DNA of 64,000 bases from positions 2,758 to 66,757 of the forward strand of contig JAKSPY010000001.1 in NCBI GenBank assembly GCA_024404445.1, given 5' to 3'. The position numbers and the translations under genes are program-made. This DNA is from Clostridia bacterium. Its GTDB lineage: Bacteria > Bacillota > Clostridia > Oscillospirales > CAG-272. How positions within the stretch are numbered: the stretch's first letter is position 1; each line of letters starts with the position of its first letter. Shown here piece by piece: positions 1-8,637 of the stretch. The notes under the pieces were generated by a model. The model was not told the DNA's origin and ran no database searches. It was given only the letters and a program-made list of their open reading frames with translations.

Positions 1-5
1 CATCG

Positions 6-1217
6 ATGCAGGACAGCAAGGAAAAGGACGACATCGCGGACGTCATTTACAGTATCGTCCACAATGCTCCGCAGGTGCCGGACTACAAATACACTGAGCC
101 ATCGGATTATGACAGCATCAGGGCGCTTTCGGACGGTTACGGCCACGCGCTGAAAATGCCGTCGGATGACGTGATCGCCGATAAAATATACGGCGGTTGG
201 CTGGGCAGGATCTGCGGCTGTCTGCTGGGTAAGCCCGTCGAGGGGATCATGAAGGCGGAGCTGGATACGATACTTAAGCGTACCGGCAATTACCCTCTGT
301 CACGTTATCTGTGCAGAGAGGAAATGACGCCGGAGGTAGAGCAGGGGATCAAATTCCGGATAGCCGCACGCGCTTATTCCGAGGATATGCTGCGTATGCC
401 GCCCGACGACGACACGAATTACATACTGATCGGCTATGAGCTGGTGAAAAAATACGGCAGGGATTTCACGTCTCGCGACGTTATGAATACATGGATAGAC
501 ACACAGCCGAAAAATGCATATTGCACGGCGGAGCGTGTCGCGTACAGAAATTTTGTGAACGGCTATACTCCGCCCACATCGGGACAGTATAAAAATCCGT
601 TCCGTGAGTATATCGGTGCACAGATACGCGGCGACTATTTCGGGTATATAAACCCGTGCGATCCTCAGACCGCGTCGGATATGGCATTCCGCGACGCGTG
701 CATCTCGCATATCAAAAACGGCATATACGGCGAAATGTGGGTCAGCGCGATGATCGCCGCCGCGTTCGGTACCGACAGTATCGAAAGCGTTATTCTCACC
801 GGGCTGTCATACGTTCCGCGTACGTCACGGTTTTATGAGGCGGTCACCGAGGTCGTCGGCGATTATGAAAACGGTATGACGGAGGCAGAGGCGTTTGCCA
901 AGATCAGAAACAGGTGGAACGAGGCATACGGTTATCATTGGTGCCACACAATCTCAAACGCCTGCATAGTCGCGGTGTCACTGCTATACGGCATGAAGGA
1001 TTACGGTAAAACGGTCTGCCTCGCGGTATCGCCCGGATTTGACACGGACTGCAACGCGGCCACTGCCGGATCGGTGCTGGGCGTTATCCTCGGCGGATCG
1101 AATATCCCGCCGCAGTGGGCGGACAGAACGGGTGATACGCTGTGCGCGTCGCTCATAGGCTATCAGTCTGTTTCGATCAGGGATATGGCGCATAAGACGC
1201 TCGCATATCTGCAATAA
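6..1217 (+). CDS. ADP-ribosylglycohydrolase (ARH/DraG) family protein, cytoplasmic
   Basis: 403-aa ORF. ARH-family signatures are present: GGWLGRICGCLLGKPVEG, DDDTNY, and the C-terminal GFDTDCNAATAGSVLG metal-site motif. There is no signal peptide. The ATG sits at nt 6 with no upstream stop, so the true start could lie outside the window. Confidence 0.8.
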   Translation: MQDSKEKDDIADVIYSIVHNAPQVPDYKYTEPSDYDSIRALSDGYGHALKMPSDDVIADKIYGGWLGRICGCLLGKPVEGIMKAELDTILKRTGNYPLSRYLCREEMTPEVEQGIKFRIAARAYSEDMLRMPPDDDTNYILIGYELVKKYGRDFTSRDVMNTWIDTQPKNAYCTAERVAYRNFVNGYTPPTSGQYKNPFREYIGAQIRGDYFGYINPCDPQTASDMAFRDACISHIKNGIYGEMWVSAMIAAAFGTDSIESVILTGLSYVPRTSRFYEAVTEVVGDYENGMTEAEAFAKIRNRWNEAYGYHWCHTISNACIVAVSLLYGMKDYGKTVCLAVSPGFDTDCNAATAGSVLGVILGGSNIPPQWADRTGDTLCASLIGYQSVSIRDMAHKTLAYLQ

Positions 1218-1228
1218 CGGGGTGCTGT

Positions 1229-2122
1229 ATGAAAATATTGAATTTCGGATCACTGAACATAGACTACGTTTACGCGGTGCCGCATTTTGTGGCGGCGGGC
1301 GAAACACTTTCCTCCGACTCACGCGGGGTCTTCTGCGGAGGCAAGGGACTTAATCAGTCCATAGCACTCGCTAAGGCGGGTGCCGAGGTGTATCACGCCG
1401 GTTGTATAGGCGCGGAGGGCGGCTTCCTCGTCGATGCGCTTCGCGGCGCGGGTGTGGATACGAGATATGTAAAAACCGTTTCGGAGCCGTGCGGGCACGC
1501 CATCATACAGGTGAACGTTGAGGGAAATAACTGCATAGTGCTTTACGGCGGTGCCAATGAGGCGATCACGACCGACTACGCCGACGAGGTGTTAAAGGAT
1601 TTTTCGGCGGGCGATTGGATTATCTTACAGAATGAGATCAACGTCACGCCGTATGTCGCGCACGCGGCAAAAGCAAAGGGAATGACCGTGGTGCTCAATC
1701 CGTCGCCGTATAACGCACGTATTGAGCAAATCAGCCTCGACGACGTCGATTACGTTCTGGTCAATGAAACAGAGGGCAAAATGATGAGCGGCGGCATGAC
1801 GTCGCCTGACGACATACTGTCGGGCATCGCGGCACGCCATCCGGGCATAAAAACCGTTCTGACGCTCGGCGGCGACGGATCGGTATATTGCGGGGACGGC
1901 GTACGTGTCAGACAGGGCATCGTACCCGTCAAGGTCGTGGATACGACGGCGGCAGGCGATACCTTCACCGGGTATTTTATAGCGGAAATGTCAAATGGGA
2001 CCGATGCCGCAACGTCACTTAAGGTCGCGGCGGCCGCCGCGGCAATAGCCGTATCGCGTCCCGGCGCGTCGCCCTCGGTACCGACGAGAGAGGAAACGGA
2101 CGCCCTCGTCAGAACGCTTTGA
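1229..2122 (+). CDS. rbsK: ribokinase (PfkB family)
   Basis: 297 aa. N-terminal GSLNIDYVY, GGKGLNQSIALAKAGA, and the C-terminal DTTAAGDTFTGYF anion-hole/catalytic motif are typical of RbsK. The gene starts 11 nt after the upstream ARH gene. Confidence 0.8.
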   Translation: MKILNFGSLNIDYVYAVPHFVAAGETLSSDSRGVFCGGKGLNQSIALAKAGAEVYHAGCIGAEGGFLVDALRGAGVDTRYVKTVSEPCGHAIIQVNVEGNNCIVLYGGANEAITTDYADEVLKDFSAGDWIILQNEINVTPYVAHAAKAKGMTVVLNPSPYNARIEQISLDDVDYVLVNETEGKMMSGGMTSPDDILSGIAARHPGIKTVLTLGGDGSVYCGDGVRVRQGIVPVKVVDTTAAGDTFTGYFIAEMSNGTDAATSLKVAAAAAAIAVSRPGASPSVPTREETDALVRTL

Positions 2123-2181
2123 CAATCAAGGATACAATAGGGATCGGTGATCCCGTGATCATAAAACTCAGAAAGGAAGAC

Positions 2182-5100
2182 ATGATGAAAAAACATTCAT
2201 TATCAATCATCGCGCTTCTGATCGCCGTTGCAATGCTCATACCGCTGGCATCCTGCGGTCAGAGCACGTCAGACGGCACGACAGGCGCAACGACTGCCGC
2301 CACGACCGAGTCGACGACGGCAACGACAGACGGCTCACAGACCGTCACGACGGGAGGACAGACCGTCGCCACGACAGGTGCCTCCACGCAGGCTACGACA
2401 GAGGCGACACAGGCTACCGATGAGCCGTATATTCCCCCGGTAGTGAAGACGGACCCCATCCTTTACCTCTCATTTGAGGCGATCGAGGGCGGAAAGATCA
2501 AGGATCAGTCCGGCAACGGCTATGATGCCACGGTAACGGGCTCACCCGTCATCGAGGCGGGCATCGAGGGCAACGGTATCAGATTCGCAAAGGAAGGTCA
2601 GCACCTTGAGGTCGCAGACATCGATGAGCTCAACCTTTCTCAGTATGACGACTTCACGTTGGACGTATGGTTCAAGTGGAGCGGCACTACGCAGGGCGGA
2701 AATTGGCCGTGCATAGTTCAAAAGGGACTTGTTACGGACGCGGGTGCATACAACTACATCGGCTTTTGGATAAGCACGTCGACAAAAGAGCTTAACCTCG
2801 GCACGACATCGGCAACGGGCAACTCCTGCAACAATATCCCCGCCGCGGCAACGCTGGGCACGGATTGGCATCACGCCGTAGCCGTACAGAATACTTCAAT
2901 GGGTACGCTCACCTACTACCTTGACGGTAAGTACGTGTCGAGAACGGGCTGTATCGACGCCACGTCGATCGGATATCCGATCACGATCGGTTATAACGGC
3001 AAGGACGGTCAGTTTATAGGAACGGTGGACGAATTGAAGATTTACGATTTTGCAATTGACGAAAGCGGATTTGAAGGCGCACCGAAAACGGTCGATTCAA
3101 TGAGCTACATGGTTTACAATTACACGAGCCCGATCTATAATAAGACGATAGGACTCAAATACAGGGTATACTATCCGTCGGGTTATTCGGCGGCAAATTC
3201 CGATAAATTTCCGATACTCATGTACCTCCACGGCTACGGTGAGATCGGCGACGACAATACTAAGCAGATCAGGATTCTCGGCGGGTCGAACGACCTTGTC
3301 GAAAGGCTCATCGCCGAGGACTGCTGTGTGATCATAGCACCTCAGTGCAGTGATCCCGCAGATTATAACTGGGTAAACCTCAATCACGCGTGGGGTACGG
3401 GCTCCAGAGACGCACTCCCGCAGAATCCGACGATAACGCTTGAGGCGGCAACGGAGCTTCTGAAGAGCTATATCGCAAAGGATAAGATAGATGAGGACCG
3501 CGTATATATCTCCGGCGTTTCGATGGGCGGCTACGGAACGTGGGAAATGATCACACGTAATCCCGGGCTGTTCGCGGCGGCTGTCCCGCTTTGCGGCTCC
3601 GGCTTCCCGTCGCTCGCATCCTCACTGAAGGATATTGCAATCTGGGCATTCCACGGCACGGCCGATCCGACGGTTCCGTGCTCCGGCACGCAGGATATGA
3701 TAAACGCTATCGTTGAGGCCGGCGGCACAAAGGCACAGGCAACATACCTCGCCGGCATCGGACACGATTGCTGGTCTCAGGCATACGGTGAGATCAACCT
3801 CGTCAGCTGGTTGCTTTCTCAGAAGAGAGTACGCAAGACCGACAGCACGACGACATTTGATGCCGATAACATCGTATTCTCGTTCGCGGCTATCTCCGAT
3901 ATCCATCAGAACGGTTCCGCTTCCTCTATCTATGCGGCAAAATTTGCGACCGCATTGAGACAGCTTATCGCACGTGCTAAGCTGGATGATAAGGACGGCC
4001 TTGACGCCATCGCCGCTGTCGGTGACCTCACCGATAACGGTACGACAGATCAGATCACGCAGTTCAAGACGACGCTGGAGAGCGTTATCCCCGCGGGTGA
4101 GATTCCATTCCTGTACGTAGGCGGCAACCATGACGGCATCAACTATTGCCTGCACTCTGACGCCAACGTCGCATTGTTCAGAAAGACCTTTGGCGAAAAG
4201 TATTTTGAGAACGACGTTGAAACAGATCCCGAAATGACCAAGTACGGCAACAGACATTGCGTCGTGAACGGATATCACTTCCTGTTCATTGAGGTAGAGG
4301 AATATCCGAACGGCGAGCAGTACAGCGAGAACATCGGCGTTCAGTACACCGATGCCACGAAGCAGTGGCTGGCAAAGACACTTGCCGAAATAGTAGAGGA
4401 AAACCCCAATCAGTACATTTTCATATGCACGCACGCGATGATAAAGGATACGTGCTACGGCAGTACTACACAGCACGACAGCACGCTCGGCGGTTATTGG
4501 TACACGATGGAGCTGACCGATATTCTCGCAAAGTATCCGCAGGTCATCACATTCGGCGGACATCTTCATTTCCCGCTTAACGATGAATCCAGCATCATGC
4601 AGTACGGCTTCACGTCCATGGGCACGGGCTCGGTCAGATACATGGCTATCGAGAACGGCGGATATGAAAATATGTCCGGCACGTCAACGATGAATGATAA
4701 AGAGGAGTTTTCACAGGGACTGCTCCTTCAGTTTGACGCAAACGGCAACGTGCGCATTACCAGGATGGACTTTGACAATGAGGCGGAGATCGATGAGCCG
4801 TGGGTGCTTTCTCACCCGACGGCATCCGGTGATAACCTCGGAAAGTATACAAGCGACCGCCGCCGTGAAAATGCGGCTCCGTCCATGGACGGCGCTACGG
4901 GCACTCTCAATACCGCGGCATCCGGCACAGGTGTAAACCTTACGGTCACATTCGACGCCGGTACAGATGATGACCTTATCCACCATTATGTCATTGAGGT
5001 CGTCAATTCCCGCGGCGGAACAATCGTAACGAAAAAACTGATGAGCGATTACTATCTGCATCCCGATAAGGCCGATATGAGCAAGTCGCTCACGGTCAAT

Positions 5101-5940
5101 ATGGGTAAGATCGATAAATCCGGTACATACACCGTGCGCGTTATCCCCATAGATATCTGGGACGCACAGGGTGAGCCGCTTGTGATCGAGGGTCTGATCG
5201 TCGGCGATGGCAAGGAAGATGAAAGTGATTTCACACTTCCCGCGGCTTGGGCGGATATAGATTTCAAGGACGGTGAGGCAGTCGATACGACGGGCAACAT
5301 CACGATCACGAACGTCGGCGCGACGATAGGCACGACCGACCTCACGTGCAACGGAGTCACAAAGACGCTTGAAGCTCTGACGGTTGCGGCAAAGGGACAG
5401 TACGCAAAGTGCGAGCTGACGGGTCTTACAGGTAACCCCGAAACATTCTATAATAACGGCTTCTCTGTTGAGGCTTTCTATATCAACCGCGCTCCGTCCG
5501 GCTCACAGGGTATCATGTGCGGCACGCAGGACGGCGGTTGGGGTCTTGCAACAGACAGCGGCAAACCGTACGTTTACGTTTATAACAAGTACTCACAGGC
5601 AACGGGTATCAAGGTACCCGCAAGTAAGGGCTCGATATCTGAGCTTGTCCATGTTATCGCGACGGTCAGCTATGACTCCGACGCAAATATGATTTCCGTA
5701 GTGCTGTACGTCAACGGCGAAACGGCAAACACGGGCTCGGTTCAGGGATCATTCAGAACATCGTCAAGCAAAAAGGCAGTCAAGGCGTTCTGCCTCGGTG
5801 CCGATATCGATAAGGATGGCAACGGTACTGATTTCCCGATGACGGACTTCTCTATCGTCGACGCAAAGATTTACAACGTCACTCTCAATGATGCTCAGGT
5901 GCGTGAAGCATACAACAACGCAATTTCCCTTTTCAAATAA
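2182..5940 (+). CDS. exported multidomain lipoprotein: LamG-like / alpha-beta hydrolase esterase / calcineurin-like metallophosphoesterase / Ig-like / LamG-like
   Basis: I moved the start to ATG 2182, which follows the RBS aaaggaag. The signal peptide has a lipobox (LIPLASC). A Thr/Ala linker follows. The Laminin_G_3-like block runs from PILYLSFE to GTVDELKIYDFAI. The esterase block has LMYLHGYGE, the nucleophile elbow GVSMGGYG, and HGTADPTV. The metallophosphoesterase motifs are SDIHQ, GDLTDNG, GGNHD and GGHLHFP. A second LamG-like block lies at the C-terminus. Confidence 0.75.
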   Translation: MMKKHSLSIIALLIAVAMLIPLASCGQSTSDGTTGATTAATTESTTATTDGSQTVTTGGQTVATTGASTQATTEATQATDEPYIPPVVKTDPILYLSFEAIEGGKIKDQSGNGYDATVTGSPVIEAGIEGNGIRFAKEGQHLEVADIDELNLSQYDDFTLDVWFKWSGTTQGGNWPCIVQKGLVTDAGAYNYIGFWISTSTKELNLGTTSATGNSCNNIPAAATLGTDWHHAVAVQNTSMGTLTYYLDGKYVSRTGCIDATSIGYPITIGYNGKDGQFIGTVDELKIYDFAIDESGFEGAPKTVDSMSYMVYNYTSPIYNKTIGLKYRVYYPSGYSAANSDKFPILMYLHGYGEIGDDNTKQIRILGGSNDLVERLIAEDCCVIIAPQCSDPADYNWVNLNHAWGTGSRDALPQNPTITLEAATELLKSYIAKDKIDEDRVYISGVSMGGYGTWEMITRNPGLFAAAVPLCGSGFPSLASSLKDIAIWAFHGTADPTVPCSGTQDMINAIVEAGGTKAQATYLAGIGHDCWSQAYGEINLVSWLLSQKRVRKTDSTTTFDADNIVFSFAAISDIHQNGSASSIYAAKFATALRQLIARAKLDDKDGLDAIAAVGDLTDNGTTDQITQFKTTLESVIPAGEIPFLYVGGNHDGINYCLHSDANVALFRKTFGEKYFENDVETDPEMTKYGNRHCVVNGYHFLFIEVEEYPNGEQYSENIGVQYTDATKQWLAKTLAEIVEENPNQYIFICTHAMIKDTCYGSTTQHDSTLGGYWYTMELTDILAKYPQVITFGGHLHFPLNDESSIMQYGFTSMGTGSVRYMAIENGGYENMSGTSTMNDKEEFSQGLLLQFDANGNVRITRMDFDNEAEIDEPWVLSHPTASGDNLGKYTSDRRRENAAPSMDGATGTLNTAASGTGVNLTVTFDAGTDDDLIHHYVIEVVNSRGGTIVTKKLMSDYYLHPDKADMSKSLTVNMGKIDKSGTYTVRVIPIDIWDAQGEPLVIEGLIVGDGKEDESDFTLPAAWADIDFKDGEAVDTTGNITITNVGATIGTTDLTCNGVTKTLEALTVAAKGQYAKCELTGLTGNPETFYNNGFSVEAFYINRAPSGSQGIMCGTQDGGWGLATDSGKPYVYVYNKYSQATGIKVPASKGSISELVHVIATVSYDSDANMISVVLYVNGETANTGSVQGSFRTSSSKKAVKAFCLGADIDKDGNGTDFPMTDFSIVDAKIYNVTLNDAQVREAYNNAISLFK
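2263..2421 (+). repeat. Thr/Ala/Gly-rich low-complexity linker-coding tract
   Basis: Encodes SDGTTGATTAATTESTTATTDGSQTVTTGGQTVATTGASTQATTEATQATD directly after the lipobox cysteine. Confidence 0.8.
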
Positions 5941-5950
5941 TATTCAGCGG

Positions 5951-5978
5951 CCGTCCTTCCGCGATAGCGGGAGGACGG
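5951..5978 (+). terminator. GC-rich hairpin after the large lipoprotein gene (no clear U-tract)
   Basis: ccgtccttccgc / gata loop / gcgggaggacgg gives a 12-bp stem with one G-U pair. It is followed by accgaaag, so it is either a weak terminator or an RNA-stability element. Confidence 0.4.
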
Positions 5979-6011
5979 ACCGAAAGTAGATTATAAGGAG
6001 GAAAATATCAG

Positions 6012-8591
6012 ATGAGATCGAATCGCACAATAGCAAGGGTGCTCTGCATCGTGCTCGCCTGCCTTTTTGTTTTCGCAAGCTGCGGTGAGTCGGTCACAGA
6101 TCCGACAACGGGCGCAGATCCCGTCGCCACGACACAGGCAACTACACAGGCAAGCACGCAGGCAACCACGCAGGCGACCACAGCCGGCACGCAGGCAACG
6201 ACGGCCGGCACACAGGCAACGACAGAGGCCACGACCGTTGCCACTACACAGGCAACCACAGAGGCAACCACAGAGGCTACGACCTCCGGCGGCATAGTGG
6301 TCGTGCCGACCGATACTTACATGGAAATGACGGACGAGGAGTTGTATGACAGGGTACTCGCCGCATGGTACGGTCAGATGCTCGGCGTCAGCTGGGCAGG
6401 AGATACGGAGTTCAAATATAAGGGCACGATCATCCCGGCGGACAAGATGCCCGCGTGGTCGGCAAAAATGATCAACGAGGGCTTTGCGCAGGACGATACT
6501 TACGTTGAGATCCCGATGCTCATGACGCTTTACTATAACGGCGCGTTCTCCGATGTTGACGCTATTTCCAGGGCGTTCCGCGATGCGGGGCTAAACGTAT
6601 TCCATGCCAACAAAGAGGGCTATAACAACCTCATGCGCGGTATTACGGCTCCCGACAGCGGCAGTTACGTATTCAATGCGCACTGCGATGATATCGACTG
6701 GCAGATCGAATGTGACTATCTGGGCATGGCTTATCCGTGCCTTGTAACGGAGGCCGCACAGCGCGCCTTTGAGGTTGGTCACATCATGAACTACGGCGAC
6801 GGCGTTTACGGCGGCGTATTCGTCAGCGCAATGCACGCCGCGGCATACAATGCAAAGTCGATCAGGGAGATCGTGGATGCGGGTATTTCCGTGATCCCGG
6901 CGGGCACGCGCTTCCGTAAGTTGATCGACAGAACCATCGATTGCTATGACGCCGGTAAGACGTGGGAGGAAACGTGGCAGATCCTGTGGGACGAATGGGG
7001 CGACGATGACAGATGCCCGGAGGGCGCAGGTAATGCGTATAACATCGACGCGAAGATGAATGCCGCATACGTTGTGCTCGGCCTTCTCTACGGCGAGGGC
7101 GATGTGGAAAAGACGTGCACCATCGCAACACGTTGCGGCTCCGACTCCGACTGCAACCCGTCTACGGCGCTTTCCGTTCTCGGCAGTTACCTCGGTTCAA
7201 AGCCGTTTGAGAGCTATTTCACGGCACTTGAAAAGAAGCAGCCGTTCGGCGGCACTGCTTTCACGCTCGACGACGTGATCAATGCAAACTATGAGGTCAC
7301 GAAGGAGGTCATCACGGCGTACGGCGCAACGCTTACGGACGGCGTATGGTCTATCCCGACGTACTCGGCATATAAGGAAGTTCCTTACGAACAGTGGCCG
7401 ACAGAGGTCGCTGTCGATGCGGGTCTCGCGTACAGACTTCAGCCCAACGGCGGCGTGGCGTTCCAGCTCACGACGACGGGCACCGACGCGGTTGCGTCCG
7501 TCAGCTTCAATATGGGCGACGGCAATGTGCTCGATTACGTTCCCGGCATCTATTACTACGGTGTGGCAGGTACGTACACTGTAAAATATACTGTCACCGG
7601 CACTTCCGGTGCTTCCGTAACGCATGCTAAGACTGTCAGAGTGACGAACGACGTATACGTCAAGAGCACTGCGGTCACCTGCACGACTACGTCCAATAAG
7701 GGCTACGGCAACAAGGGCGGCTACGGTCTTATCGGCGACGGCTTGTACCCCGAGGTAGGCGCAGGCGAGTTTTTTGAACAGTACTCAACGTACGACACGA
7801 AGAAGAAGGTCGAAAAGGACGAGTACGCGATCACATTCGCGGATACGGAAATCAAGGCCGTCGAATTCGTTGAGGGTATGCACTATGCAGAGGGCGGCTG
7901 GTTCGCATCGGAGCCTGAGATCTACGTTCGCATCGGTACAACGTGGACAAAGGCAGAATGCACGATCTCGACTGCTTACCCCGGCGATTCGCAGGAGGAG
8001 CAGGGTGCTAACTTTGAGCATTACGTATTCACGCTGAAGGAGAACGTAAAGTGCTCCGGCGTCAAGATCGCGGGCGTTCCCGGCGGAACGGGTAAATTCT
8101 CGACCGCGGCAGAGCTTATGGCTATCCCCACGACGGTAAATCAGCCCAACGTCATCTGCTCTATGGCGACGCCGAACGGCTCAAATAAGTTCATCTCCAA
8201 CATCTGTGATGGCAATACGGCAACGCAGTATGATTCATATTATGATCTTGACCTCACGACGGGTAAGGATTTCTATATCGGTTACGTATATGACGGCAAG
8301 GTGACGGCAAACAGCCTTACGTACGATACAGGCGCATATTATGACGGCGGCGGTTGGTTTGACAACGCGCAGATATGGGTAGAGGTGCTGGTCAACGGTA
8401 CGTGGACAAAGGTAGAATCCGAGATATCAAAGGATTACCCCGCGGCAACCAAGAGGGGCGACGTCAGTGATAACGATCAGTTCGTATTTACCTTTGCGGA
8501 TACGGAGTGTGAGGGTGTTCGCCTCGCGGGAAAAGCGGGCGGCACGCAGGGCTTCGTATGCGTGGCAGAGCTTACGGTAGGACTTAAATGA
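6012..8591 (+). CDS. exported lipoprotein with ADP-ribosylglycohydrolase domain, PKD-like domain and two discoidin/CBM-like C-terminal domains
   Basis: The RBS aaggagg lies upstream. The signal peptide has a lipobox (LFVFASC). A (A-T-T-Q/E)n linker follows. The ARH-like core runs from LAAWYGQMLGVSW through FAQDDTYVE to GSDSDCNPSTALSVLGSYLG. The PKD-like block is VSFNMGDGN...GTYTVKYTVTG. Two roughly 140-aa beta-sandwich-like repeats follow, each containing GGWF and ending in GV(K/R)(I/L)AG. Confidence 0.7.
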   Translation: MRSNRTIARVLCIVLACLFVFASCGESVTDPTTGADPVATTQATTQASTQATTQATTAGTQATTAGTQATTEATTVATTQATTEATTEATTSGGIVVVPTDTYMEMTDEELYDRVLAAWYGQMLGVSWAGDTEFKYKGTIIPADKMPAWSAKMINEGFAQDDTYVEIPMLMTLYYNGAFSDVDAISRAFRDAGLNVFHANKEGYNNLMRGITAPDSGSYVFNAHCDDIDWQIECDYLGMAYPCLVTEAAQRAFEVGHIMNYGDGVYGGVFVSAMHAAAYNAKSIREIVDAGISVIPAGTRFRKLIDRTIDCYDAGKTWEETWQILWDEWGDDDRCPEGAGNAYNIDAKMNAAYVVLGLLYGEGDVEKTCTIATRCGSDSDCNPSTALSVLGSYLGSKPFESYFTALEKKQPFGGTAFTLDDVINANYEVTKEVITAYGATLTDGVWSIPTYSAYKEVPYEQWPTEVAVDAGLAYRLQPNGGVAFQLTTTGTDAVASVSFNMGDGNVLDYVPGIYYYGVAGTYTVKYTVTGTSGASVTHAKTVRVTNDVYVKSTAVTCTTTSNKGYGNKGGYGLIGDGLYPEVGAGEFFEQYSTYDTKKKVEKDEYAITFADTEIKAVEFVEGMHYAEGGWFASEPEIYVRIGTTWTKAECTISTAYPGDSQEEQGANFEHYVFTLKENVKCSGVKIAGVPGGTGKFSTAAELMAIPTTVNQPNVICSMATPNGSNKFISNICDGNTATQYDSYYDLDLTTGKDFYIGYVYDGKVTANSLTYDTGAYYDGGGWFDNAQIWVEVLVNGTWTKVESEISKDYPAATKRGDVSDNDQFVFTFADTECEGVRLAGKAGGTQGFVCVAELTVGLK
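6126..6284 (+). repeat. tandem 12-nt-periodic repeat encoding an (A-T-T-Q/E) linker
   Basis: The DNA repeats acn-cag-gca-acn. The peptide is ATTQATTQASTQATTQATTAGTQATTAGTQATTEATTVATTQATTEATTEATT. Confidence 0.85.
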
Positions 8592-8604
8592 TCAACTGAA
8601 TAAT

Positions 8605-8637
8605 TATCCCCCGGTGAACGCCGGGGGATAATTTTAT
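8605..8637. terminator. bidirectional rho-independent terminator between convergent genes
   Basis: A perfect 10-bp stem, tatcccccgg / ccgggggata, with a 6-nt loop. It is followed by attttat and preceded by an A/T-rich run. Confidence 0.7.

Noticed and set aside
3622-4569. A 315-aa ORF antisense to the large exported lipoprotein gene.
   Set aside because: It lies entirely inside a gene with clear esterase and phosphoesterase motifs on the other strand. Its translation is Arg/Cys/Leu-rich with no recognisable motif or RBS. This is a typical shadow ORF of GC-rich coding DNA.
6008-6295. Regularly spaced short repeats that could superficially suggest a CRISPR-like array, plus the antisense ORF VVASVVASVVAC.
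   Set aside because: The period is 12 nt with no spacers. The repeats lie in frame within a lipoprotein gene and encode an (ATTQ)n linker. The antisense ORF is a by-product of the repeat.
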